The notes under the pieces: generated by a model
Told to the model about the DNA's origin: nothing
Seen by the model: only the letters and a program-made list of their open reading frames with translations
Databases searched by the model: none
Shown: positions 9,044-20,300 of the stretch, piece by piece
Layout of the letters: each line of letters begins with the position of its first letter
Position numbering within the stretch: the stretch's first letter is position 1
Assembly: GCF_003577475.1 (NCBI RefSeq)
Contig: NZ_QPEP01000001.1
Span: forward strand, 81,830-113,829
Source: Salinibius halmophilus
GTDB lineage: Bacteria > Pseudomonadota > Gammaproteobacteria > Pseudomonadales > Natronospirillaceae
Reading direction: 5' to 3'
Length of the DNA stretch: 32,000 bases
Made by a program: the position numbers and the translations under genes

Positions 9044-9117
9044 GTATGGTGCTAGCTGGAGCTGGTCATATTACCTCGGTAAACATTCATGGGTTCGAGT
9101 CCCATCCCATACGGCAC
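9044..9117 (+). pseudogene. tRNA-like relic (good T-arm and 3' acceptor, non-folding anticodon and D regions)
   Basis: ATGGG-TTCGAGT-CCCAT is a canonical T-arm (9089-9105). It is followed by CCCATAC, which pairs with GTATGGT at 9044-9050 in 6 of 7 positions. I could not fold a D-arm or anticodon arm. Confidence 0.3.
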
Positions 9118-9324
9118 CCCACACTATATCAACTGCACCATCACTCCAAGTCAATGCGCCATTCTTAAATGCTTAGGAATTATTGGTAGGCTTCTTCAGT
9201 GGAATGCCTGCAATGCGTTCGCAAAGCGATTTTTTTCCAACAATTGTCTGAAACCAGTTCAACAAACTCTCGTAGGTTTTCCGAAGCAACGCTTCGGGAA
9301 ACAAATTTAGATAACTGAAAAATA

Positions 9325-12300
9325 ATTCTAAGCCGCCTTTGTGGCGGTGAAGCTACTTCTGTAACATTGTCGCCTTCAGGGATTTTTCTAAGCCGCCTGT
9401 GTGGCGGTGAAGAATCCTGCGGGCTGCTAAGCTCTCCGGCCTACTTTCTAAGCCGCCTGTGCGGCGGTGAAGAGCTCGCCGCCGCACTTCTGGCATCTAA
9501 CCTCTTTCTAAGCCGCCTGTGCGGCGGTGAAGAAACCAAAGTGATTAACGTGCCTGAGTTGGGTTTTCTAAGCCGCCTGTGCGGCGGTGAAGATTTTGAT
9601 TCTGCTAGCTTTGTTCGATATAAGTTTCTAAGCCGCCTGTGCGGCGGTGAAGGTCAACTTCGATCTCGCGCCCTTTCTTAGTTCTTTCTAAGCCGCCTGT
9701 GCGGCGGTGAAGCAGAGCCAAATCAGGACTATCCGGTTGTCAATTTTCTAAGCCGCCTGTGCGGCGGTGAAGGAGCGATGCCGCTGAGTACCTGAGCCTC
9801 ACGCTTTCTAAGCCGCCTGTGCGGCGGTGAAGTAAAGTCTATTATTGAGGGTGGATGTCATAGTTTTCTAAGCCGCCTGTGCGGCGGTGAAGATGGCGTC
9901 CTGATGGATGTTGATCCTAATTTATTTCTAAGCCGCCTGTGCGGCGGTGAAGATTCGCGCAATGATTGACGATGTGGGCGTTTATTTCTAAGCCGCCTGT
10001 GCGGCGGTGAAGTACTTTGTTATTGTGCGCACGACAACGCGCAATTTCTAAGCCGCCTGTGCGGCGGTGAAGATTCTCACTCTCCTGCGTTGTTAAACTG
10101 GTGTTTTCTAAGCCGCCTGTGCGGCGGTGAAGCATGCTGGTCAACGTAACGATGGTCGATGGTATTTCTAAGCCGCCTGTGCGGCGGTGAAGATGGCTGA
10201 TCGCCGCCGCGCATTGGAAAGCAATTTCTAAGCCGCCTGTGCGGCGGTGAAGTATTCAACGCTTGCAAGCACTTGGCGAACGCTTTTCTAAGCCGCCTGT
10301 GCGGCGGTGAAGTAGCGATAGCTGTAGAAGCTTCTGTTTTTTCCTTTCTAAGCCGCCTGTGCGGCGGTGAAGCTTCTGTTACAAAATCATCTTGCCAGTT
10401 TTCATTTCTAAGCCGCCTGTGCGGCGGTGAAGTTGGCATTGGCCAAAAGAGATTGATTTAGAATTTTCTAAGCCGCCTGTGCGGCGGTGAAGTCGATCTG
10501 CTAGTTCTTTTAGTTGCGACTGCTTTTCTAAGCCGCCTGTGCGGCGGTGAAGAAGCTACCACCGAGCGAACGCAAGCAGCGCGATTTCTAAGCCGCCTGT
10601 GCGGCGGTGAAGTTGAACGCCTGGTGGAGTTTATGATTCGCGGTTTTCTAAGCCGCCTGTGCGGCGGTGAAGTTGAGAATGACGTACTTGCCAAATCTCG
10701 TTGTTTTCTAAGCCGCCTGTGCGGCGGTGAAGTCATCAAGAATACAATCATGGCAGCGCGTAGTTTTCTAAGCCGCCTGTGCGGCGGTGAAATTGCTCAG
10801 CAAGCCACGCCTGTGTTTTGTTGCTTTCTAAGCCGCCTGTGCGGCGGTGAAGCGGTAGTGTTTGACGCGGTATTCGATGGTTGCTTTCTAAGCCGCCTGT
10901 GCGGCGGTGAAGGTAGGCGCTGGGGTGCAATCGCTACATGTTGATTTCTAAGCCGCCTGTGCGGCGGTGAAGTGTAAATTCCTAGACTTGTTGTGTCGTT
11001 CACGTTTCTAAGCCGCCTGTGCGGCGGTGAAGGTGATCAATGTAAAATCACAACTACTAACTAATTTCTAAGCCGCCTGTGCGGCGGTGAAGCCCGTGTT
11101 TGTCCTTCTATAGTAGCAACTAGATTTCTAAGCCGCCTGTGCGGCGGTGAAGCTGGATTGACGGCCTTGGCGGTGACGCTAGTTTTTCTAAGCCGCCTGT
11201 GCGGCGGTGAAGCTATTAATATCAACAAAGTCATTGGCGCCATTTTTCTGAGCCGCCTGTGCGGCGGTGAAGTTAATTGTTAACCATAATAAGAAAAAAT
11301 ATCTTTTCTAAGCCGCCTGTGCGGCGGTGAAGTGAAAATGTTCGACCTGGTTCAAACATCAAAATTTCTAAGCCGCCTGTGCGGCGGTGAAGTGATCAAA
11401 CGGATTTAGGGGGCGAGAACTGGTTTTCTAAGCCGCCTGTGCGGCGGTGAAGAGGTAGTTGATTACGAAAGCGCTAGTCGTAACTTTCTAAGCCGCCTGT
11501 GCGGCGGTGAAGTTAACCGACGTTTTGGGCGAACGGTACGGCGTTTTCTAAGCCGCCTGTGCGGCGGTGAAGTAACTTCTGGCTGCGTGCTTCCGGTACG
11601 TAATTTTCTAAGCCGCCTGTGCGGCGGTGAAGAAATGGCTACACAGGTAGAGCTAAATCACATTTTTCTAAGCCGCCTGTGCGGCGGTGAAGTTAGCATG
11701 TGGTCCAGCACTTCATTGCGTGTTTTTCTAAGCCGCCTGTGCGGCGGTGAAGCCTGTACTTAGTGGCGCTCCATGTGGCCAAAATTTCTAAGCCGCCTGT
11801 GCGGCGGTGAAGGCAGGAATCAATTCTAGTCGAGCCTTGCGAACTTTCTAAGCCGCCTGTGCGGCGGTGAAGTTGCTGTCTCCCAGCTAATAATTCTGTC
11901 TTTTTTTCTAAGCCGCCTGTGCGGCGGTGAAGTGCTTACTGTTGTATGCTCCGTAACGTGGAGCTTTCTAAGCCGCCTGTGCGGCGGTGAAGACAACAGT
12001 AAGCAGTGCTGCGACCGACAAGAATTTCTAAGCCGCCTGTGCGGCGGTGAAGACAATTATTGCTGTATCGCTCGGCATTCTCACTTTCTAAGCCGCCTGT
12101 GCGGCGGTGAAGACGCAGCCAGCCGCTAACAATACTGACGGAAATTTCTAAGCCGCCTGTGCGGCGGTGAAGACCATGTACTGATAGTTCGTACCGTTTT
12201 CGATTTTCTAAGCCGCCTGTGCGGCGGTGAAGACTAGCGCCAATACCGAGCAAGAAGATAGCCATTTCTAAGCCGCCTGTGCGGCGGTGAAGATCCAGAC

Positions 12301-13373
12301 TCAAACACTAAGTTTTTTCATTTGTTTCTAAGCCGCCTGTGCGGCGGTGAAGATGACCGGCGGTTCATTGTGAACCAAATTTCATTTCTAAGCCGCCTGT
12401 GCGGCGGTGAAGCCATGCACGATACAAGCCTATCTCTTTGAGTCTTTCTAAGCCGCCTGTGCGGCGGTGAAGTTTGCGAAAGAGCTAAAAGGCTTGGTTA
12501 GCTTTTTCTAAGCCGCCTGTGCGGCGGTGAAGGCATCGGTTGTTGTGGCTGCTGGTACTGCTGCTTTCTAAGCCGCCTGTGCGGCGGTGAAGTTAAAGTA
12601 GAAGAAGCCATAGGGTACTGCCAATTTCTAAGCCGCCTGTGCGGCGGTGAAGTGTGATAGCCAGCTCTTTCTTGTTATCTCTTTTTTCTAAGCCGCCTGT
12701 GCGGCGGTGAAGTAGAATTTCTCGTGCTTGTTCTGGTTTCATTTTTTCTAAGCCGCCTGTGCGGCGGTGAAGGCTATGTAATCCCCAATGTAGTGAACGG
12801 TATTTTTCTAAGCCGCCTGTGCGGCGGTGAAGGCAAAGATGACCGTTATGCGGCGTATCTAGCTTTTCTAAGCCGCCTGTGCGGCGGTGAAGCGCCTCAT
12901 CAATCAGCTTTTCTTCTTCTGTGCTTTCTAAGCCGCCTGTGCGGCGGTGAAGCTACTTACCCTCCAATAGCCGATTGTCTTTCATTTCTAAGCCGCCTGT
13001 GCGGCGGTGAAGTAAATGACCTGGTAACAGAGTTGGGCGTAGGTTTTCTAAGCCGCCTGTGCGGCGGTGAAGAATCATTATGTAGCCGTAAGCTCCTTTG
13101 TATCTTTCTAAGCCGCCTGTGCGGCGGTGAAGACGACTACCAATTGGCCGTTGCACAAGCCTTGTTTCTAAGCCGCCTGTGCGGCGGTGAAGAGTGCTTG
13201 CCATCAAAATGCGTAGCCCCTTCAGTTTCTAAGCCGCCTGTGCGGCGGTGAAGCCGTCTATAGGCCAAGTCTTCCATTGGCTCAATTTCTAAGCCGCCTG
13301 TGCGGCGGTGAAGACTTTGCGCTAATGTCGAACACGGTCTGCCCTTTTCTAAGCCGCCTGTGCGGCGGTGAAG
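9325..13373 (-). CRISPR. type I-F CRISPR array, 68 repeats and 67 spacers
   Basis: The 28-nt repeat on the minus strand, CTTCACCGCCGCACAGGCGGCTTAGAAA, closely matches the I-F consensus GTTCACTGCCGTATAGGCAGCTAAGAAA. The period is a strict 60 nt (32-nt spacers) with one 33-nt spacer at 13193-13225. The two repeats farthest from cas are degenerate (9325-9352, 9385-9412). There are single-base variants at 11245-11272 (TTTCTG) and 10765-10792 (last base). Confidence 0.97.
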
Positions 13374-13502
13374 TGCAATTTTTGCACACAAAAATAAGCT
13401 ACGACAAGGGCTAAGCGCATTTTTTGCAAAAATACCCTTTTTCCAGCCCTAATCGTAACTTGTTGATTTAAAACAACTTTTTAAAGAGCGCTTAAAACAA
13501 GG
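13374..13502 (-). promoter_or_regulatory. CRISPR leader (AT-rich) between cas6f and the first repeat
   Basis: A 129-nt AT-rich noncoding stretch lies directly cas-proximal to the intact end of the array. Repeat decay at the opposite end fixes the polarity. Confidence 0.6.
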
Positions 13503-14123
13503 TTAAAAGTTCGGCACACTGGCAGGCTTGTTCACATCGGCCAAGCCATAGCAATTAAATATGCCTACTTGTTTACCTTCGCTTGCCAGTCGCTCGATAA
13601 ACAAGGGAAACCTTTGACTACCCGATTCCTTGGTTGTTTGACTTTCCACCCAAACAAACGGCAACTTGGAGCTGGCTTTCGGCTTGCTGGTTTCTAAAAC
13701 TTGCAAGCACTGCTCTAGAGTTTGCCCCGACTTTTCAGCCCAAAGCTTTGCCTTATTGTGCATATCTTTTTCGATACGTGTTTGGCCTTTTACGCGCTTG
13801 CGCTGAAACACTTCATGGTCACAATTGGCAGGCACCGGTTGAATCGACTTTATGTGTAAATAGTCCGTTAACCGATTGAGCCAGGTTGGCAAGTTCAGTG
13901 CTTCTAGTTGCTGTTGTTCAGGTGCAAATAGTCTTAGTTTGCTGCCCAGTGGAAAGCCACCTTTGGCTTGGTATTGCGGAAATCCTAGCCCTACAGCACT
14001 ATGGTTATCGGCCAGTTTGTTTGCAGCAAGTGCCAAGTGCACTTGCTGAAACAGCTTTTGCCATATGAAGCCCTCGGCCACTTCGGCGTCGGGCAACACA
14101 GTTACTTCAATGTAATAGTTCAT
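13503..14123 (-). CDS. cas6f: CRISPR endoribonuclease Cas6f (Csy4)
   Basis: MNYYIEVTVLPD... and the C-terminal FNCYGL...VPNF resemble P. aeruginosa Csy4 (MDHYLDIRLRPD...FTCYGL...VPWF). It is the last gene before the leader. ATG at 14123 avoids overlap with csy3. Confidence 0.85.
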   Translation of the reverse strand: MNYYIEVTVLPDAEVAEGFIWQKLFQQVHLALAANKLADNHSAVGLGFPQYQAKGGFPLGSKLRLFAPEQQQLEALNLPTWLNRLTDYLHIKSIQPVPANCDHEVFQRKRVKGQTRIEKDMHNKAKLWAEKSGQTLEQCLQVLETSKPKASSKLPFVWVESQTTKESGSQRFPLFIERLASEGKQVGIFNCYGLADVNKPASVPNF

Positions 14124-14130
14124 ACACCAC

Positions 14131-15114
14131 CTACTCGCCAAATACCCCACCACGAATCAGCATTGCCATCAGGTAGTGCTGCTGCTCGGCTTCAGGCTCT
14201 TTGTCTTTGATCATCCAGCCGTCTAACAGGTTGTAAAAATCTTGTTTCTGCTTTGGCTGGCGATATGCCGCACCACGGTTGGTTACCGAACCGTATGGCT
14301 CTACCGCAATCGGCCCCACTTCATCTGCGCCAGCATGCCAGGTATCAATGGTGCGCAGCGCATTGCCAATTTTTTGTGAGTGCATGGCTGCTTGGCCATC
14401 AAGCGCGTAAAGGTGCTTGCTTTTATCCCCTTTACCGCCACCCATTACGAGTTCTTGCGAAGGGTAAACTGGTTGGCCGCTACCAATTTTGGCAAAGGCT
14501 TTCACTTGAATCAGCACGTGTTTGTCTGAAAGCCCTTGTTCAATGTGCTGGGCTAGCTGCTCAATGTTATTCCCACTGAAATCACGCAAGCTGTAGTCAT
14601 AAGCGTCGAATTTAAAGGTATCTTCTCCTACCAAAACTTCAATTCGCAGTGCTTCGGCGCCAACACGGTTGCGCCATAGGAATCGACCATTGGCAATATT
14701 TTCTGCATAGCGTTTGGCAATTTCGCCAAAACCATGAGTGTTTTGGTAAGTGGTCACTTTTTCAGCCAACGCCAATTGATAATCCGGTGCATTACAGGTA
14801 CTTGGCTCATGTAACCCAGGTAACACACGCAGGCTAAAGTCTAAACGCAGTGTGTCGTGCGCATGGGGCAGTGCTGCCACATCAACAGTCTGCAAGTTAG
14901 GCTTGGCAACCTCAGCATCTACCTTTAATGGATCATTTGCTGTCGCGGCTTTTAGGCGGTTAGAAATAGTGCCGCGCACGGCTTTTTCGCCTACGGCAAT
15001 CGGTTGCCATTCATTGCCATCCCAGTTACCCGAGAACATTAAGGCATCAGATGGTACAAGTTTGGCTTCAAAGGCTAATACCGACGGTGTTTTTAGTTTT
15101 GCATTGCTCATCAT
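14131..15114 (-). CDS. csy3: Cascade backbone subunit Cas7f (Csy3)
   Basis: [84 protein letters not shown] and LIRGGVFGE all match Csy3. Confidence 0.95.
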   Translation of the reverse strand: MMSNAKLKTPSVLAFEAKLVPSDALMFSGNWDGNEWQPIAVGEKAVRGTISNRLKAATANDPLKVDAEVAKPNLQTVDVAALPHAHDTLRLDFSLRVLPGLHEPSTCNAPDYQLALAEKVTTYQNTHGFGEIAKRYAENIANGRFLWRNRVGAEALRIEVLVGEDTFKFDAYDYSLRDFSGNNIEQLAQHIEQGLSDKHVLIQVKAFAKIGSGQPVYPSQELVMGGGKGDKSKHLYALDGQAAMHSQKIGNALRTIDTWHAGADEVGPIAVEPYGSVTNRGAAYRQPKQKQDFYNLLDGWMIKDKEPEAEQQHYLMAMLIRGGVFGE

Positions 15115-15126
15115 TACTCTCCTTGC

Positions 15127-16071
15127 TTATACAGAAATTTCTTCTTCGTCTTCATCCGGTTCTATGGCTTGCTCGGCCTGAACCACTTGACTGGTTTTTG
15201 CGATATACCAAGGCGACTCATAGCTGTAACGCCATGCCATTTCATCAATGTTGTTGAACCTGTGTACGCTCTGCCATTGGCCAATGCTGTGCACGGCCTC
15301 CACGAAGGTAACAGGCGTTTGAGCATCGCGTGCGCCAGCTACGTTGCCTGGCTCATAAAGTGGTGATATGGCTTTGTAGCCCACAACAATTGGCACTAGG
15401 TAACCCGGTGCCGGTTTGGGCTGGTGCAGCCATTTGGCCTTGGTCTCGCCCTCTTCTAATGGCTCTGCCTTATACTGTAATTTGGCAAAATCTAGCCATG
15501 CATCCATAAGCGTTGTATTGGCATTTTCAGCTTTTAACGCTTCAAAGTGCTCGGCCAAATAGTCGCTTCGGTCTATCAGCGCAAAGGCCGGCATTAGCTT
15601 GTGTAACGCCTTTTTTTGCATGCTTGGTGCAACCACTTGGGCACTGGCTAAACCGGTAATCTGTCCACCTGCAAGGCGCATAAATGGCACATGCTGCATC
15701 GCCCAATCAACGAGTGCTTCATTGGTATCCCGATCACCTTGCGCAAGGCCTTCTATCTCGATTAATAAAGACACCTGCATATCCATGCGCCCCTCTTCAT
15801 TGATTGGCGCTGTTTTGGCATCTTTAGTTAGCGGGTTGCGGGTTAGCGCAAAGGTATAGTCTGCCCATTGGCTTGGGCGTTTGGCATGCACTTGGTGCTT
15901 GTGGCACACCACTGCTACGCCAGCAAAACTTACCCCCAACTGGCTTGGCGCTTTGCGCGATAGCGCATGCGCGAACCCTAGAAAGTTGGTGATACCAGGA
16001 AAACCGTAAGTTAGGCCGGAAATTGCATTGGCGTTTTGTACGGTAATGCGCTCTAGTAATAAAAATTGCAT
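15127..16071 (-). CDS. csy2: Cascade subunit Cas5f (Csy2)
   Basis: RITVQNANAISGLTYGFPG, FALTRNPL, MRLAGGQI and GYKAISPLYEPGNVAGARDAQTPVTFVE match Csy2. The start shares one base with the csy1 stop (TAATG). Confidence 0.93.
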   Translation of the reverse strand: MQFLLLERITVQNANAISGLTYGFPGITNFLGFAHALSRKAPSQLGVSFAGVAVVCHKHQVHAKRPSQWADYTFALTRNPLTKDAKTAPINEEGRMDMQVSLLIEIEGLAQGDRDTNEALVDWAMQHVPFMRLAGGQITGLASAQVVAPSMQKKALHKLMPAFALIDRSDYLAEHFEALKAENANTTLMDAWLDFAKLQYKAEPLEEGETKAKWLHQPKPAPGYLVPIVVGYKAISPLYEPGNVAGARDAQTPVTFVEAVHSIGQWQSVHRFNNIDEMAWRYSYESPWYIAKTSQVVQAEQAIEPDEDEEEISV

Positions 16072-17384
16072 TACTGACCTCCTTGCTCGGTTCTGCCAAG
16101 CTCCACCATAGTGAGCTCATGCTTGATCACTTTGTTGATGTAGCGATGCTCTACATCGGCAAGCTTATAGCTTTTGTCATTCTGTAGGCGTCGCACTAAC
16201 CAATCGGTTAACCATTGGCTGACTATTAGCAGCCAGTCTTTGTTTTGCCGTTGTGTTTCATGTGCATGCGGGTCTAACCATGCTTGTAATGGCGCAGGCA
16301 AGCTGGTACTAGTTGACCAACCCGGCTCAAAAGAGGCTTGCAGCAACGCTGCTTGCTGCAATACGCGTTCGCAAATAGGAATGAGATACTGGTAGTCACG
16401 TTTGTAGCGCGTTTTAAAGTTACTATCTCGGTCGGTCAAATTAACCAAAAAGCTTTTGAACTCAGTAACGTGCCACCATGTCGCTTGGTCAAAGCGGCGC
16501 AGCAGCTGCGTTTCATTTTCGGGCGGCTTGGCAACTGCTTCAAAGGTGGGGGGTTGGCTGTTTAGCAGGTAAACCTTGCCCCCACGTTCATTGTTTAGCT
16601 GCGAGATATTTTGCGGCTTAGAACCACCAAAGTTTTGTACCGCAACATGAGGAAAACGCACATCAGTACGCTCGTGGTAATGCTCGTTACGCCTCGCGTC
16701 CCGCACTTCTTTACTGTCACCATAGCGGGTCGTTTCAATCGCTGCGTTATGAACCCCCATCAAGGATGATGCACCAAGTGGGCATAGTAAGTGATAACTA
16801 CCCTCTGCTACGGGAAAGTATACTTGCTTTAGCAACGTGTGCGCTGTCGGGTCTTTCACAGTGACAGCCTGCTTAAAGCCATCAAACCATTCACGGCGGA
16901 GGTCGGCGTTATCTGTAAAGGTATCTAAGGCATTAATGTGCCCCTGATTTAGCTGGTTAACCAAACTTTCGCCGTCCGCTTCAAGCTTTAGCAGTCGCGC
17001 GACATCAAGTGCTGCCGCATTGCCCACAGCGTCAATTTTTCGGACAGGAAGCGATGCCGTTGTTAAATACCGGCTTTCGTGGGTGTCGACTTCATCATCC
17101 AAGAAGCTACTAGCTTTCGCATCACTGTGGGCAAACTTAGCTGCATGAGTCGCCATGGCAATTTGTTTGGCGCGCTTTGCAGCATCAGTTAACCAGCTCT
17201 CTGGCTTAAACTGCTCTTCGAGCGCTTGTGCCCCCTCGGCAAAGGCTTGCTCGGCTGCCTCAATTTGCTCACTTGTAGCCGCCTCTTTTAACGCCTTATC
17301 GCGCGCTTTTTCTAAAGGTTCAAGCTTGGCTAGCTTGCGCCCTTTTATATAGTCAGCAATCGCTTGTTCTAACGTATCCGTCAT
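16071..17384 (-). CDS. csy1: Cascade large subunit Cas8f (Csy1)
   Basis: VGNAAALDVARLLKL, LLKQVYFPVAEGSYHLLCPL and QNFGGSKPQNISQLNNERGG match Csy1. Confidence 0.93.
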   Translation of the reverse strand: MTDTLEQAIADYIKGRKLAKLEPLEKARDKALKEAATSEQIEAAEQAFAEGAQALEEQFKPESWLTDAAKRAKQIAMATHAAKFAHSDAKASSFLDDEVDTHESRYLTTASLPVRKIDAVGNAAALDVARLLKLEADGESLVNQLNQGHINALDTFTDNADLRREWFDGFKQAVTVKDPTAHTLLKQVYFPVAEGSYHLLCPLGASSLMGVHNAAIETTRYGDSKEVRDARRNEHYHERTDVRFPHVAVQNFGGSKPQNISQLNNERGGKVYLLNSQPPTFEAVAKPPENETQLLRRFDQATWWHVTEFKSFLVNLTDRDSNFKTRYKRDYQYLIPICERVLQQAALLQASFEPGWSTSTSLPAPLQAWLDPHAHETQRQNKDWLLIVSQWLTDWLVRRLQNDKSYKLADVEHRYINKVIKHELTMVELGRTEQGGQ

Positions 17385-20300
17385 GCTTGCTCCTTTTCTT
17401 TAATTCGTCTAAACACACCAAGTTGTTCATGCCAGTGCCAGCGAATGGGGTCTTCATTTTCTCTTGGCGCACGTAGGTTTAATTCGCCGAATCTTTTCGT
17501 GGTTGCAGGGCCAGCCATATCAAATTGATTGGCAAGGCGCGTCATCACCGCCTCTGCGCTGTCTGGCTGCCACCAATACACATCGGTCGCTAACTCAACC
17601 TGCTCTTCATTAAAGCGGGACTGGCCAGCAGGTAGGTAATAAGTCATCTCTGAGGTATCGTCCACAATATGCCAAGTTAATGGGTCACCGTCCTCTTCGC
17701 ACATATAAACGAAGGTTTCTTGTGGATCTGAGCGGCGAAACTGAGTTTGCCTGATAAACTCACCGGCCCAGGTACCATGGCATGTCCACCATAGGCTTGC
17801 TTCTTTCTTGGTGCGATATTTTTTGAGGACTTTTGGTTTATTTAGCGTGGCGGCTAGTGCGCGGTGCTCTTGCAGCCAAAAATCATCTATCTTTACGGCT
17901 TGCTCTATGGTTTGGCCAAGATTTAATGCTTGGCTGAGCGCTTCACTGTTTGGCCCCTGAATGCGCAGTTGGGCACTAATGGGCTGCAGTTGTTCGTTGG
18001 TCATTAGGTCGCTAACTTGGTGACTAACAAGCGGTAGGCCTTTGGTTTCAAAACCAGGCTTTTCGAATGCGAGAGGCTTACCGAGAAGTGCTTTAAAGTT
18101 CTGGTTTAAAATCGCAATATTGTTGTCTGCAACGGGCCATTTTCGATGGCGCTGAATGCGCCCTGCTAGCTGAATGATTGACCTAAGTGAGCTTGGCTCA
18201 ACCACCGCCCAGTCGTAGTCATGGTCTCGACCAACTTCTACCACTGAGGTACCAAGCACGACGTAAATTCTGTTCTGCTTGTCACTCGCCGACTTTAGCG
18301 CGTCATGTTGCCATATTGCTTCAGGGTCATGGCGATCAAGTACGCGATCCAGCATGGCCTCTTTGGCTGAACGCATAGCAAGCGGAAACTGCGAGTGATA
18401 AACACAGTAATGGATGGCTGTGTTTTCCCATGAAGGGAGCCGAACAAGTTCTTTTACAACCGCCACCATGTTGTCGATATTAGCAAAACGCACCACCCCG
18501 ATGGACAGTTTTTCACTTTTCGTTTGATGGTGCTTAGCGTGCAACTGATGTATTTGCTGGTGAATGGTTTCGGCTAACCTTCTAGCAACCGACGCGTCAC
18601 TTTCGATGACAGGCACGCAAGTTCCCAAGCGGTTTTTAACAAGCTTAGGGCCAAGTGCTTTTAGGCGCTTATCGATAAACTTTTGATGATGCTGGGCAAA
18701 CACAGCCTTTACACCTTCTTCCTCGGAAGCACGTTTAATTAGCTGCTCTTCGGCACTAAACTCATCGAACCAAGCACACTGCACTTGTAAGGGCTTACCA
18801 TCATTGAAGTTGGCCTCATCAAAGTATTTACGCCCCACGCAATATGATTCAAATAATGACTCGGCAAGTGCTGGTGGCATGGTGGCGGTAGATAGCAACA
18901 ACCGCGAACCCAACATGCCAGCCCAGTTCACCAAACGGCTGAGCGCTGGCATATCTGCTAGCGAGAAATCATCTGGCTCATCTAGCACTAGATCACTGGT
19001 TAATAAACGCAGCATTGGCGCTATTTGCTTGCCGCCGCGCAGGCTTTCGGTTGCTGGCATAAGGTGGTCAATAGTGCTGACCATAACTGGCGCACTAAGC
19101 ATTTTTTCAAGCTTGGGGTTGCCTGCAAGCCAGTGTTTTAAGCGGCCATCATAGATTTGCCCATCATATTGCACACTCAAGTGCGCCAGTGGGTCGTTCG
19201 CTGAATCACTGCCAGTTTTAGATTCCGTTTGTTTGCCAAGCTGGTGTAAGTCTTGAATTTTTTGCGAGCCAATTAATACCGCCAACGCGTCGTCGTCGAG
19301 TTTAAGCAAGTTGCGGTACGAGTCGCCTGTTTGCAGCGTGAGCGTGCGCAGCCCAAGTGCGACTGAGAACCTGCACCCCTCATTGGGGTCGGCTAGCGCA
19401 TACATAATTTTGGCATTAGCCACGGTTTTACCACAGCCGGTTGAAGCCATATTGATCCCAAAGAAACCTTGGCGCTCGGTTGTGCTGGCGACCTTTTTAG
19501 CTACTTGTGCAGCGGTGTTTTGCCATAAAAAATCTTTGTGATTAGTTTTCTTCTTTAAAAACTTATGGTCTGCCAGTGCTGGCAAGGTTAACTTTAGCGT
19601 TGGCAGGTTGCGGGCAAATTTGAGTGCATTAAGGCCCACCCCAATATTGTGCTCATCAAGCTGCTGCTTGGTTTTTCCGGTTTTTCGATCCGTATTAGCA
19701 ACTGCCGTATAGGTTGAATCACGCCATACGGCTTTGGACTGCTCTGGTGGCAACGAGGAATAGTAGTGGTCGGCGAGCATTAGTGACATGCGCGCAATGT
19801 GACTAACAAAGCGCTGATTTAGCCAGTTTTGCTCGTCAAACAAATCCACGCAGTTCAGTGCTTTCTGTGCCAGGTTGCTCGCATTGTGCTGCCAAATACT
19901 ACTTTTAAGCGGTGTACCATTGGGGAAATGCCAGTTATCTGCCAGCGCTTGTTCACTGCAGTCTTTTTCCCGGTTGGCCGAGTTCCAAGATTCATCCAGC
20001 AGCGATTTCCAGCCTTTCATCTTAGTAAGGTCAGGTGCGTCACCTGTAACGTGTACCAGCGGTAATCTATGGTGAGACAGAATTAACCAAGCAACTAGTT
20101 GTGCAAAAGAGGCAAGCTGGTCGAACTGCTCACCCACTTTTTGATTGTTTGGTAGTGCTTCACATAACTTCTGGTCAAGAAGCTGGCCGTTGTTCGCTTG
20201 GCTGATCTCAGCCAGCTGAGTTAGCCATTCTTTATCAGACTTGCCGTCCACCAACTGCAGAAATGCACAGAACGATACCCATTCATGGCGGTAAGGCTCC

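Noticed and set aside
9044-9117. An intact tRNA gene.
   Set aside because: Only the T-arm and acceptor stem pair. With standard spacing the anticodon stem (CATAT/GTAAA) and D-arm do not form. It is kept only as a relic or att candidate.
9281-9297. Hairpin CCGAAGC-aac-GCTTCGG just past the distal end of the array, as a CRISPR transcript terminator.
   Set aside because: No U tract follows it on the minus (transcribed) strand or on the + strand, so it is not a convincing intrinsic terminator.
10313-10404. Adjacent spacers sharing GAAGCTTCTGTT (12 nt), suggesting a common target.
   Set aside because: Four of the 12 nt belong to the repeat end in one case, and the remaining 8 nt lie in a palindrome (AGAAGCTTCT). 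The flanks diverge immediately, so this is compatible with chance.
9367-13391. Dozens of track ORFs across the array with periodic peptides (FLSRLCGGE, HRRTGGLE, SPPHRRLRK).
   Set aside because: They are translations of the 28-nt CRISPR repeat in different frames and strands, recurring every 60 nt (20 codons). They are not genes.
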